DNA of 32,000 nt from an uncultured Desulfobacterales bacterium (lineage in GTDB: Bacteria > Desulfobacterota > DSM-4660 > Desulfatiglandales > HGW-15), in the NCBI GenBank assembly GCA_964454455.1, contig CAYVVQ010000007.1:18188-50187 (forward strand). The letters are read 5' to 3'. The position numbers and the translations under genes were made by a program. Positions 20,845 to 29,393 of the stretch are shown here, piece by piece. The stretch's first letter is position 1, and the number at the start of each line of letters is the position of its first letter. Below the pieces are notes generated by a model. That model did not search any database and had not been told where the DNA came from. It saw nothing but the letters and a program-made list of their open reading frames with translations.

Positions 20845-20938
20845 TTTTTTTGAGGCGGATCTCCCCACCCCGTTTTGTCCCCTTGCTTTTCCGGGCGGAA
20901 TCGTTTAGTTCCTTACTCATGAAAGCGAGGATGCCGAG

Positions 20939-22861
20939 ATGCTCAAAGCCCTGTTCACCCCCTTTACCCTGAAAAACCTCATCCTCGAAAACCGGATCGT
21001 GATGCCCGGCCTGGCCTCGTTTCTCATCGAGGAGGACGGCTCCATCACGGACCACACCGTGGAGCACTACCGGCGAAGGGCGGCGGGCGGTCCCGCCATG
21101 GTCATCATGGAGGCCTGCTCGGTGGCGCCCGAAGGCATCGTTTCTCCCCACCAGGCCCGGATCTACGACGATCGCTTCGTGGAGGGCCTGGCCAGGATCG
21201 CCTCCAGTATGAAGGCCGAGGGGGCGGTGCCCGCCGTGCAGATCCACCACGGCGGGCGGCAGACCTCGCCCCGGGTCATCGGCCGCAAGCCGTTCGCCCC
21301 GTCTCACCTGCCCTGCCCCACCATCCGGGGGGAGGTGGAGCCGTTGAGCGTGGAGCGCATCCAGGAGATCGTACAGCAGTTCGGCGACGCCGCAGACCGT
21401 GCCGTGGAGGCCGGCTTCGAGATGATCGAGATCCACGGCGCCCACGGCTACCTGATCAACCAGTTCCTGTCCGCGTTTTCCAACGTGCGGGAGGACGGCT
21501 ACGGCGGCGGCGGCGAGGGCCGGTCGCGCTTTGCGCGCGAGGTGGTCCGGGAGATCCGGAGCCGGGTGGGATCCGACTACCCGCTGCTGTTCAAGATCAG
21601 CGCCCAGGAGTTCGTTCCCAACGGGCTCACCGTGCCCGAGAGCATCGAGATCCTGAAGGGTCTGCTTTCATACGGGGTGGATGCCGTGCAGGTCTCGGCC
21701 GGGAACGACGCCACCCCGGAGTGGATCTGCCAGCCCATGTTCATGGAAAAGGCCTGCCTGGCCGACTCGGCCGCACAGGTCCGAAAGGCCCTGAACGTCC
21801 CGGTCATGGCCGTGGGACGGATCAACAGCCCGCAGATCGCCGAGGAAATCATCGCCCGGGGCAGCGCGGACCTGGTCTGCATCGGGCGGGGGCTCCTGGC
21901 GGACCCCCGGATGCCCATCAAGGCCCGCGAGGGGCGTCTGGAGGACATCCGCACCTGCATCGCCTGCAACACCTGCATGGAGTCCATCTTCCGGCGGGGG
22001 CGGGTGGAGTGCCTGGTGAACCCCACCCTGGGCCGCGAGCAGGAGATGGCCGTGGTCCCCACGGACGCCCCCAGGAAGGTCATGGTGATCGGCGGCGGTC
22101 CGGGCGGCCTGGACGTGGCCTGGGTGGCGGCCAAGCGGGGCCACGAGGTCCATCTCTACGAGCGGCAGCGCACACTGGGAGGCCAGCTCCTGCTCGGTGC
22201 GGTCACCAGCTACAAACGGGAGCTGCTCACCCTGATCGAGTACCAGAAGAAGCAGATCGAAAAGCACGGGGTCCGGTGCCACCTGGGCGTCAACGTGACC
22301 CCCGGGCTCATCGCCGAGGTCCGGCCCGACGTGGTGGTGCTTGCCACCGGCTCCGTCCCCAACCCCCCGCCCATCCCCGGCATCGACGGCGCCATCGTCC
22401 GCACCGTGGGTGAGGTGCTGGAGAACGCTTCACCCCGGGGGAACGTCCCCTCCGTGGTGATCGGTGGCGGATCCACCGGGTGCGAGGTGGCCCTTTACCT
22501 CGCAGAGGCCGGGTGTCCCGTCACCATCGTGGAGAAGCTCATGCGCATCGGGGCCCGGATCGAGTCCGTGACCCGCAAGCTGATCCTGGAGAGGCTCGAG
22601 GAGCACGGGGTGGGCCTGATGACGGGGGCCGAGGTGCTGGCCATCCAGGACAACGGGGTTCTGGTGCAGAACCGGGACTCGGGCGAGCATTTCGTCGACG
22701 CCGGGCAGGTGGTGGTGGTCACGGGGATGAGGCCGGAGAACGGCCTCCACGAGAAAGTTCGCGAGCTGGGGATCCCCGTCTACCAAGTCGGGGACTGCCT
22801 CGAGCCCCGAAGCGCCAAGGCGGCGATCTACGAGGGCGCCGTGATCGGGCGGACCATCTAG
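20939..22861 (+). CDS. Old-yellow-enzyme / 2,4-dienoyl-CoA-reductase-like FMN + 4Fe-4S + FAD/NAD(P) oxidoreductase, 640 aa
   Basis: ORF 20939..22861. The OYE barrel includes LKNLILENRIVMPGLAS, VQIHHGGRQ and EIHGAHGYLINQFLS. The cysteine cluster is CIACNTCMESIFRRGRVEC. Two Rossmann motifs are present: VIGGGPGGLDVA and VIGGGSTGCEVA. Confidence 0.85.
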   Translation: MLKALFTPFTLKNLILENRIVMPGLASFLIEEDGSITDHTVEHYRRRAAGGPAMVIMEACSVAPEGIVSPHQARIYDDRFVEGLARIASSMKAEGAVPAVQIHHGGRQTSPRVIGRKPFAPSHLPCPTIRGEVEPLSVERIQEIVQQFGDAADRAVEAGFEMIEIHGAHGYLINQFLSAFSNVREDGYGGGGEGRSRFAREVVREIRSRVGSDYPLLFKISAQEFVPNGLTVPESIEILKGLLSYGVDAVQVSAGNDATPEWICQPMFMEKACLADSAAQVRKALNVPVMAVGRINSPQIAEEIIARGSADLVCIGRGLLADPRMPIKAREGRLEDIRTCIACNTCMESIFRRGRVECLVNPTLGREQEMAVVPTDAPRKVMVIGGGPGGLDVAWVAAKRGHEVHLYERQRTLGGQLLLGAVTSYKRELLTLIEYQKKQIEKHGVRCHLGVNVTPGLIAEVRPDVVVLATGSVPNPPPIPGIDGAIVRTVGEVLENASPRGNVPSVVIGGGSTGCEVALYLAEAGCPVTIVEKLMRIGARIESVTRKLILERLEEHGVGLMTGAEVLAIQDNGVLVQNRDSGEHFVDAGQVVVVTGMRPENGLHEKVRELGIPVYQVGDCLEPRSAKAAIYEGAVIGRTI

Positions 22862-23757
22862 CGGGACTTGAAGCGCTTCTTGATCTTCTTGATCATCTCC
22901 TCGGCGCTCTGCTCGAGGAACAGGTCCAGGTCCTTTTTCCAGTCCGGCATGATGTTGATGCCCTGCTTCTTGAGAAGGCGGTTCTCCAGAATGCCGTTGG
23001 GGGGCCTCACGGCCTTGGCTTGTCCCGCTCGGCCCTTGGCGGGCTCCAGGTTGGCCTTGACGTTGAGCTTGTCCAGGACGGCCTGCGCAAAATCCAGAAG
23101 GCTGCAGTGTCCTTCCGATGTGGCGTGAAAGGTCCCGTGGACGTCCTCCTGGAGCATCTCCCGAATCTGGTAGGCCAGCCGGTAGGTCCAGGTGGGCGAG
23201 CCGAACTGACCGGCGTCCACCCGAATGGTCTGCTTCTTTCTTCCCCCTTTCAGGGCCCTGGAGAGGATGTCCGTGATGAAGTTCTTTCCATGGGCCCCGT
23301 AAAGCCACCCGGTCCGGATGATGGCGTAGTGGGGGGCGTTCTCCCGCACGGCCGTCTCGCTGTACACCTTGCTGCGGCCGTACTCGTTCAGGGGATCCAC
23401 CGTGTCGTCCTCGAAGTAGGGCTGGGGAACGGGCTTGGCGCCGTTGTACACGCAGTAGGTCGAGATGTGCACCAGCCGGGCGTCGAACCTGGCGCATCCC
23501 TGTGCGAGGTTCCTCGGTCCTTCCACGTTGATCTTCCGCACCAGGAACTCATCCTTTTCGCATGCCTCGATGTCCCTCAACGCGGCGCAGTTGACCACGG
23601 CGTCGGGGGTGAGCTCCTGCATGGTCTCGATGACGTGGTCCCAGCTGATGATGTCGAGCGTCTTTTGATCGGGGGCCAGCACCTCGTGCTCGCGCTCGAG
23701 GGCCAGCTTGCAGTCGGTGCCGAGCATTCCGGTGCCGCCCAGGAGTAGGATTTTCAT
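22858..23757 (-). CDS. RmlD-like (dTDP-4-dehydrorhamnose reductase family) NAD(P)-dependent SDR, 299 aa
   Basis: ORF 22858..23856(-) taken from MKILLLGGTGMLG ('cat' at 23755-57). The catalytic YxxxK is in NEYGRSKVYSE. The RmlD substrate-binding-domain order is kept (IIRTGWLYG). No rmlABC genes are nearby. The stop codon overlaps the stop of the convergent flavoenzyme gene. Confidence 0.7.
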   Translation of the reverse strand: MKILLLGGTGMLGTDCKLALEREHEVLAPDQKTLDIISWDHVIETMQELTPDAVVNCAALRDIEACEKDEFLVRKINVEGPRNLAQGCARFDARLVHISTYCVYNGAKPVPQPYFEDDTVDPLNEYGRSKVYSETAVRENAPHYAIIRTGWLYGAHGKNFITDILSRALKGGRKKQTIRVDAGQFGSPTWTYRLAYQIREMLQEDVHGTFHATSEGHCSLLDFAQAVLDKLNVKANLEPAKGRAGQAKAVRPPNGILENRLLKKQGINIMPDWKKDLDLFLEQSAEEMIKKIKKRFKSR

Positions 23758-23968
23758 GTCCGGAAGGGCCCCTCCTTTGCAAGGTTGAACGGAAATGCCG
23801 TACCCTGTCGAAACGCCGCAGGTGGATATCGGGGCTTCGGGTCTTTGCATCTCCATCGAGGTTGAACTCTCGCAGCGCCGAGAGCGAAAAAAAGCACAAA
23901 CTCTAGTATAATCACTCAGGAACCATATGCAAACGTTTCGAGCCCTTTTGGGGAGCGAGGCCGCAAAT

Positions 23969-24010
23969 TTGACGGGTTCTCAAAAACCCGCTCACCCGCC
24001 GCTGGAAACG
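23969..24010 (+). repeat. 42-nt intergenic repeat, copy B (partner at 11326-11367)
   Basis: The sequence is TTGACGGGTTCtCAAAAACCCGCTCACCCGCCGCTGGAAACG, with one mismatch (T at 23980 versus G at 11337). The same CGGGTT-N6-AACCCG inverted repeat is present. It ends 117 nt before the tatT-like start. Confidence 0.85.
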
Positions 24011-24126
24011 TTATAACCTATTGGTCAAGATAGGGATGAGCCACGACCTCGAGGGCGACCGGGAGGCCGCCCTCGACCTTTACGAGTGCGACCGTTCCAT
24101 GGAGAACGGCGCAGGAGGCCAGTTCC

Positions 24127-25035
24127 TTGCAGAAAAGCATCTCGAGCAGCCGATTCAACAGGACGATCCGTTTCTGGCCTATTGAGCTCCTCGCCTGCCT
24201 GCTGCTGTGCGGCGTCCTCGCGGGATGCGCCCAGGTGGCCGTACGGGGCTCGTCCTCGCTGGTCCCTCACTTCACCGGGGCCCTCTTCTCCGAGTGCGAC
24301 CCGGTGCTCGCCCGGAACTCCCTCCCCTCGAGCCTCAAGATGCTGGAGGGGCTCCTCCGGGCCGACCCGGGAAACCCGCGGCTCCTGGAGGCCCTCTCCA
24401 TGGGCTACACCGGGTATGCGGTGCTCTTTCTGGAGGACGAGGCCCCGGAAAGAGCCGAAAGACTCCTTCGACGGGCCCTGGGCTACGGCCTGGATGCGCT
24501 CGGCGATCGCGGTCGGGCCGTGGAGGCGGCCTCCATGGACCCGGACGCCCTTTCCCGGGCCCTCCAGGCCATGCGGGCCGAAGACGCCGAGCGTCTCTTC
24601 TGGGCCGGCCTCGCCTGGAGCGGCTGGGTCCGTCTCAACCTGGACGACCCCGAGGCCCTGGCCCAGCTCAATGCGGCCAAGGCCTGCCTTCGCCGCGTGA
24701 TCGAGCTGGACGGGACCACCTTCTACGGCATGCCCTACGCGGCCCTGGGAAGCGTCCTTTCCGCGGTCCCTCCCATGCTCGGCGGGGACCCGGAGGAGGC
24801 GCGGGCGCTCTTTGAAAAGGCAATCGCCGGAAATCACGGACGGTTTCTCCTGGCCAAGCTCTACTTTGCGCGGTACTATGCAGTCCGGGTCCAGGATCGC
24901 GCGCTGTTCGTGCGATTGCTGGACGAGATCGAGCAGACGGACCCCGACCTGCTCGGGGAGGTCTGCCTCCTCAACGCAGCGGCCCGGTTCCAGGCTCGGG
25001 GGCTGCGCGGGCAGCTGGATGACCTCTTTCTCTAG
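24127..25035 (+). CDS. TRAP-transporter-associated TPR lipoprotein (TatT-component family), 302 aa
   Basis: ORF 24127..25035, with a TTG start 8 nt after AGGAGG. The lipobox is LLCGVLAGC. Helical-repeat content includes LKMLEGLLRADPGNPRLL and LAKLYFARYYAV. It sits immediately upstream of dctP/Q/M homologues, as in TPAT systems. Confidence 0.65.
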   Translation: MQKSISSSRFNRTIRFWPIELLACLLLCGVLAGCAQVAVRGSSSLVPHFTGALFSECDPVLARNSLPSSLKMLEGLLRADPGNPRLLEALSMGYTGYAVLFLEDEAPERAERLLRRALGYGLDALGDRGRAVEAASMDPDALSRALQAMRAEDAERLFWAGLAWSGWVRLNLDDPEALAQLNAAKACLRRVIELDGTTFYGMPYAALGSVLSAVPPMLGGDPEEARALFEKAIAGNHGRFLLAKLYFARYYAVRVQDRALFVRLLDEIEQTDPDLLGEVCLLNAAARFQARGLRGQLDDLFL

Positions 25036-25044
25036 GAGCGCACA

Positions 25045-26067
25045 GTGAACCTTTCCCCTCGATTCCGCATCGCCCTCCTCTTCCCGGTCCTCTTTCTCCT
25101 GGTCGCGCCGGCCCCGGGCCCGGCGGCGGACCGGGCCGAGTTCGCCATCAAGTTCGCCGCCCTGGCGCCGGACGGCTCCACCTGGATGAAGGCCATGCGC
25201 GCCCTCGACCGGACCCTCCGGGAGAAGAGCGGAGGCCGACTCGGATTTCGCTTCTACCCGGGCGGCATCGCCGGCGACGAGCTGGACGTGCTTCGCAAGA
25301 TTCGCATCGGGCAGATCCACGCCACCGCATTCAGCGGGGTGGGCCTGACCCAGATCCTGCCCGAGGTGCGGGTGCTGGACCTGCCCTTCCTCTTTCGCGA
25401 CCTGGACGAGGTGGACCGGGTGCACGACACCCTCCGGGATCACTTCGCCCGGGGGTTCCGGGACAAGGGCTTCGAGCTCCTCGACTGGGCCGAGGTGGGC
25501 GATGTGCACCTCTACAGCAAGCAGTCCATCGACCGCCTCGCCGACCTGGCCCGGCGCAAGGTCTGGACCTGGTCCGGGGACCCCGTCTCCATGGAGACCT
25601 TCACGGCCATGGGCGCGAGCCCCATCCCGCTGGCCGCCACGGACGTGACCACCTCTCTCTCCACCGGAATGATCGACACGGTGTACGGTCCTCCCCTCGC
25701 GGCCCTGGCCCTCCAGTGGCACGCCTACACCAGCCACATGACCTCCTACCCCATCACCCACGCCACCGGGGCCATTCTCATCTCCCGGCGGTTCCACGGC
25801 CGCCTCCCGGAGGAGCTGGCCGGCCTCCTGAAGATCGAGCTCGAGGAGGCCACGGAGGAGCTCACCTATGCCCTGCGGGTGCAGAGCAACCAGGCCCTGG
25901 AGGTCCTCGAGAAGAAGAGCGGCCTCAGACCCACACCCGCGCCGACCGAAGAGGAGAAGCAGGCGTTCGATGCGGTGCACCGGGAGGTGGCCGACCGGCT
26001 GACCGGCCGGCTCTACCCGCAGGAGACACTGGATCGGGTCTATCGCATCCTCGGACGGACGCCCTGA
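25045..26067 (+). CDS. dctP: TRAP transporter substrate-binding protein (DctP family)
   Basis: ORF 25045..26067, with a GTG start 6 nt after AGGAG and a signal peptide. DctP-type motifs are GGIAGDELDVLRKIRIGQIHATAFSG and VLDLPFLF. Confidence 0.85.
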   Translation: MNLSPRFRIALLFPVLFLLVAPAPGPAADRAEFAIKFAALAPDGSTWMKAMRALDRTLREKSGGRLGFRFYPGGIAGDELDVLRKIRIGQIHATAFSGVGLTQILPEVRVLDLPFLFRDLDEVDRVHDTLRDHFARGFRDKGFELLDWAEVGDVHLYSKQSIDRLADLARRKVWTWSGDPVSMETFTAMGASPIPLAATDVTTSLSTGMIDTVYGPPLAALALQWHAYTSHMTSYPITHATGAILISRRFHGRLPEELAGLLKIELEEATEELTYALRVQSNQALEVLEKKSGLRPTPAPTEEEKQAFDAVHREVADRLTGRLYPQETLDRVYRILGRTP

Positions 26068-26077
26068 GTCGAACCGG

Positions 26078-26608
26078 ATGATCAAGACCTTGCATTTCAT
26101 GCGAGCCCTGGACCGGGGGCTGGCGCGCTGGGAAAAACGGGCGGTGGTGCTCTTCCTCTCGGCCATGGTCTTCTTCACCCTGGCCCAGGTCCTCCTCCGC
26201 GCCCTGGCCGCCTGCGCGGGCCTGGCCTGGGCCAATACGCTCCTCGCCCGCATCGCCTGGACCGATCCACTGGCCCGGGCGCTCATGCTCTGGCTCACCT
26301 TTCTGGGCGCCTCCCTCATCGCCCGCAAGAACCGGCACATCCGCATCGACGTCGTCTCGGCGGTGCTGCCGGAAAAATGGATGTCCCTGCGCGAGTCCGT
26401 GCTCGCATTCGCCACGGCGCTCATCTGCTGCATCATGTGTGCGGCCGCGGTTGCCATGGTGCGCATGGAACGGCAGTTCGGAGGCGCCCTCTTCCTCGGC
26501 GTGCCCACCTGGGCGGTGCAGGTCATCATCCCCCTGGGATTCCTCCTCCTGGCCTTCCGCTTCCTCCTGATCGCCCTGGAGCCTTTCCAGCCCGGGACCG
26601 GGGGGTGA
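26078..26608 (+). CDS. dctQ: TRAP transporter small permease (DctQ family)
   Basis: ORF 26078..26608. It has 4 predicted TM helices, including the typical RKNRHIRIDVV loop. It sits between the DctP and DctM homologues. Confidence 0.8.
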   Translation: MIKTLHFMRALDRGLARWEKRAVVLFLSAMVFFTLAQVLLRALAACAGLAWANTLLARIAWTDPLARALMLWLTFLGASLIARKNRHIRIDVVSAVLPEKWMSLRESVLAFATALICCIMCAAAVAMVRMERQFGGALFLGVPTWAVQVIIPLGFLLLAFRFLLIALEPFQPGTGG

Positions 26609-26612
26609 GCCC

Positions 26613-27890
26613 GTGATCGCCGCTCTGGCCGCCCTCATCATCCTCCTCATCCTGTTCGGCATGCCCGTGTTCGCCGGGATCACGGCCGCGGCCATGCTCG
26701 GCCTCTACTCGAGCGGGGTGGACCTCTCGGCCGTGGCCATCGAGATGTTCCGCCTGGCCAACGCCCCGGTGCTCCTGGCCATCCCCCTGTTCACCTTTGC
26801 GGGCTACCTCCTGAGCGAGGGCGGAACCTCCAGGCGGCTGGTCCGGTTCTCCCGATCGCTCCTCGGCTGGCTCCCCGGCGGCCTGGGCGTGGTGGCCCTG
26901 GTCTCCTGCGCCTTTTTCACGGCCATCACCGGCGCCACCGGGGTCACCATCATCGCACTGGGCGGGCTCCTCCTGCCCGCACTCATGTCCGAGCGTTACA
27001 CCGAGCGCTTCTCCCTGGGGCTCATGACCACCTCGGGGAGTCTGGGGCTTCACTTTCCCCCCAGCCTCCCCCTGATCCTCTTCGGCTTCGTCTCAGGCGC
27101 CTCCATCGAGACGCTGTTCGCGGCCGGCGTCATCCCTGGGGGGATCATGGTGGGCATCCTCTGCCTCTTCTCCGTTTTCATGGGCCGCAAGTGGAGACTG
27201 GAGAGCCCCGGGTTCTCCTTTTCCGAGTTCGCGGCCGCCATCCGCGAGGCCGCCTGGGAGCTCCCCATCCCGTTTCTGATCCTGGCAGCCATCTACACGG
27301 GATTCTCCACCGCCACCGAGACAGCCGCCCTCACCGTGGGCTACGTCCTCTTTATCAAGGTGATCGTCTACCGGGAGATCCGCCCCTTCTCCGATCTCCC
27401 CCGCATCATGGTGGAGAGCATGGAAATGGTGGGCGGCATCCTGATCATCCTGGGCGGCGCCCTGGGCTTCACCAACTACCTGGTGGATGCCTTCGTGCCC
27501 ATGAAGATTCTGGCCTACATGGAGGGCACCATCGAGACCCGCCTGGGCTTCCTCCTGGTCCTGAACGGCTTCTTGATCCTCGTGGGGTGCATGATGGACA
27601 TCTTCAGCGCCATCCTCATCGTGGTGCCCCTGGTCATGCCCCTGGCGCAGAAGTACGGCGTGGACCCGGTCCACCTGGGGGTGGTGTTCCTGGCCAACCT
27701 GGCCATCGGCTACAACACGCCGCCCGTGGGACTCAACCTCTTCATCGCGAGCTCCCGCTTCGACAGGCCCATCGTCACCCTGTACCGCGCCACCCTTCCC
27801 TTTCTGCTCCTCCTCCTGGCCTCCCTCCTCCTCATCACCTACTGGCCGGACCTGAGCCTCTTCCTCCCCCGGCAGCTGGGGCTGAGATAG
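26613..27890 (+). CDS. dctM: TRAP transporter large permease (DctM family)
   Basis: ORF 26613..27890 (GTG start), polytopic and 425 aa. Supporting stretches are PLFTFAGYLLSEGG, FTAITGATGVTIIALG and YNTPPVGLNLFIAS. Confidence 0.9.
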   Translation: MIAALAALIILLILFGMPVFAGITAAAMLGLYSSGVDLSAVAIEMFRLANAPVLLAIPLFTFAGYLLSEGGTSRRLVRFSRSLLGWLPGGLGVVALVSCAFFTAITGATGVTIIALGGLLLPALMSERYTERFSLGLMTTSGSLGLHFPPSLPLILFGFVSGASIETLFAAGVIPGGIMVGILCLFSVFMGRKWRLESPGFSFSEFAAAIREAAWELPIPFLILAAIYTGFSTATETAALTVGYVLFIKVIVYREIRPFSDLPRIMVESMEMVGGILIILGGALGFTNYLVDAFVPMKILAYMEGTIETRLGFLLVLNGFLILVGCMMDIFSAILIVVPLVMPLAQKYGVDPVHLGVVFLANLAIGYNTPPVGLNLFIASSRFDRPIVTLYRATLPFLLLLLASLLLITYWPDLSLFLPRQLGLR

Positions 27891-28031
27891 GCCCGGCTCC
27901 TGATTGGCGCGCCGGCCTGCGCGGCGGGCGCAAAACCCTTGCATTCCCCCGGGACAGTTGTTATGGAAATCATGCCGCGAGGCGATCGGTGATTCCGGAT
28001 TCATTCGGCAAAATTGAGGAGATACGTCACC

Positions 28032-29336
28032 ATGCCCACCATCGAGGATATCAAGCGGCGGCTGAGCGACGCGACCACCACCAAGGTGTTCTTCGTGGAC
28101 CTGAACGGCCGGGTGATGAGCCTGCCCATCAACCCGGAGAAGATCGAGCGGTTCCTGGAAACGGGCCTCGGGTTCGACGGCAGCTCCATCGCCGGGTACG
28201 CATCGGTGGAGAGCAGCGACAGGATCCTGATACCCGATCCGGAGAGCTTTCGGCTGGTGCCCTTCCAGGACGAACGGCTGGGGTTCTTCATCGGCCACAT
28301 CTTCAACGAGCAGGGCGAGCGCTCCAGAACCGACCCGCGAGCCGTCCTCGAGAAGGTGGTGGCCCAGGCCGAGTCCGAGTTCAACGCCCGGTTCACCGTG
28401 GGGCCGGAGCACGAGTTCTTTCTCCTGAACGGCGCCGACTGGTCGGACGGGATCCACACGGACAAGGCCGGCTACTTTCACCCCACGCCCCACGACCGGG
28501 GGGAGGCCGTCCGGAACGAGATCATCGCCATCCTCGCCGCGTGCGGCATCCGCTTCGAGAAGGCCCATCACGAGGTGACCCCGTCCCAGCACGAGATCAA
28601 CCTGGAGGCCACGGATCCCCTCCAGGCTGCGGACCGAACGGTCCTGTTCAACCACGTGACCCAGCAGACCGCCGCGGCCCACGGGTTTCACGCCACCTTC
28701 ATGCCCAAGCCCTTCGACGGGCAGAACAGGAGCGCCTTTCACATCCACCTCTCCATGCAGGACGCCCGGGGGAACAACCTGTTCTTCGACGAATCGGCCG
28801 AAGGCGGCCTGAGCCGAACCGCACGGAGCTTCATCGGCGGCATCCTCCAGCACGCCCGGGGCACCTCCCTCGTCATGGCCTCCACCCTCAACTCCTACAA
28901 GGCCTACGTGCTCGAGCGGGAGGCCCCGATCGTACGCACCTGGGGGTTCAGGAACCGGAGCTCCATGGTGCGCGTCCCCTACAGCCCGGACGCCCGGGGC
29001 GTCCGCCTCGAGCTCCGGAGCCCCGACCCCGCGGGGAACGTCTACCTCCAGCTGGCCACCTTCATCGCCATGGGGCTCGACGGCTTGAGAAACCGGACCG
29101 ACCCCGGCAAGCCGGATTCCGGAAGCACTTACAACAAGAGGTTCCGTCCCAAGGTGTGGGACCGCCGCTTCCTGCCCAAGAGCCTCTACGAGGCCCTGGT
29201 GGAGGCGGAGCGAAGCCGCTTCCTCCCGGAGCTGCTGGGCGATCACGCATACCGGAGCTACATGACCCTCAAGACCAGGGACTGGGAGGAGCACCGCACC
29301 CACGTGACGCCGAGGGAGCACGCGAAGTACCTCTAG
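28032..29336 (+). CDS. Glutamine synthetase family (type I-like) ATP-dependent amide ligase, 434 aa; physiological substrate unclear
   Basis: ORF 28014..29336 taken from ATG 28032 (GAGGAG upstream). GS motifs present are VGPEHEFFLL, AHHEVTPSQHEINL, TFMPKPF, NRSSMVRVPYS and RLELRSPDPAGNVYL. The usual G-S-G-x-H loop reads NRSAFH. Confidence 0.8.
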   Translation: MPTIEDIKRRLSDATTTKVFFVDLNGRVMSLPINPEKIERFLETGLGFDGSSIAGYASVESSDRILIPDPESFRLVPFQDERLGFFIGHIFNEQGERSRTDPRAVLEKVVAQAESEFNARFTVGPEHEFFLLNGADWSDGIHTDKAGYFHPTPHDRGEAVRNEIIAILAACGIRFEKAHHEVTPSQHEINLEATDPLQAADRTVLFNHVTQQTAAAHGFHATFMPKPFDGQNRSAFHIHLSMQDARGNNLFFDESAEGGLSRTARSFIGGILQHARGTSLVMASTLNSYKAYVLEREAPIVRTWGFRNRSSMVRVPYSPDARGVRLELRSPDPAGNVYLQLATFIAMGLDGLRNRTDPGKPDSGSTYNKRFRPKVWDRRFLPKSLYEALVEAERSRFLPELLGDHAYRSYMTLKTRDWEEHRTHVTPREHAKYL

Positions 29337-29393
29337 CAGAAAACGGACCCATCCTCCCGGGACCTGCCCCGGGCGGGAAAGGAGAGCACCCCC

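Noticed and set aside
23867-23893. A perfect hairpin CTCTCG-N6-CGAGAG followed by A7, considered as a terminator.
   Set aside because: On the plus strand an A-run, not a U-run, follows the stem. On the minus strand the T-run precedes the stem. It also lies upstream (5') of the minus-strand RmlD-like gene rather than after a gene.
27905-27921. A sigma54-like TGGCGC...CTGC sequence upstream of the GS-like gene.
   Set aside because: The GG to GC spacing is one nucleotide too long and the -12 region does not match TTGC.
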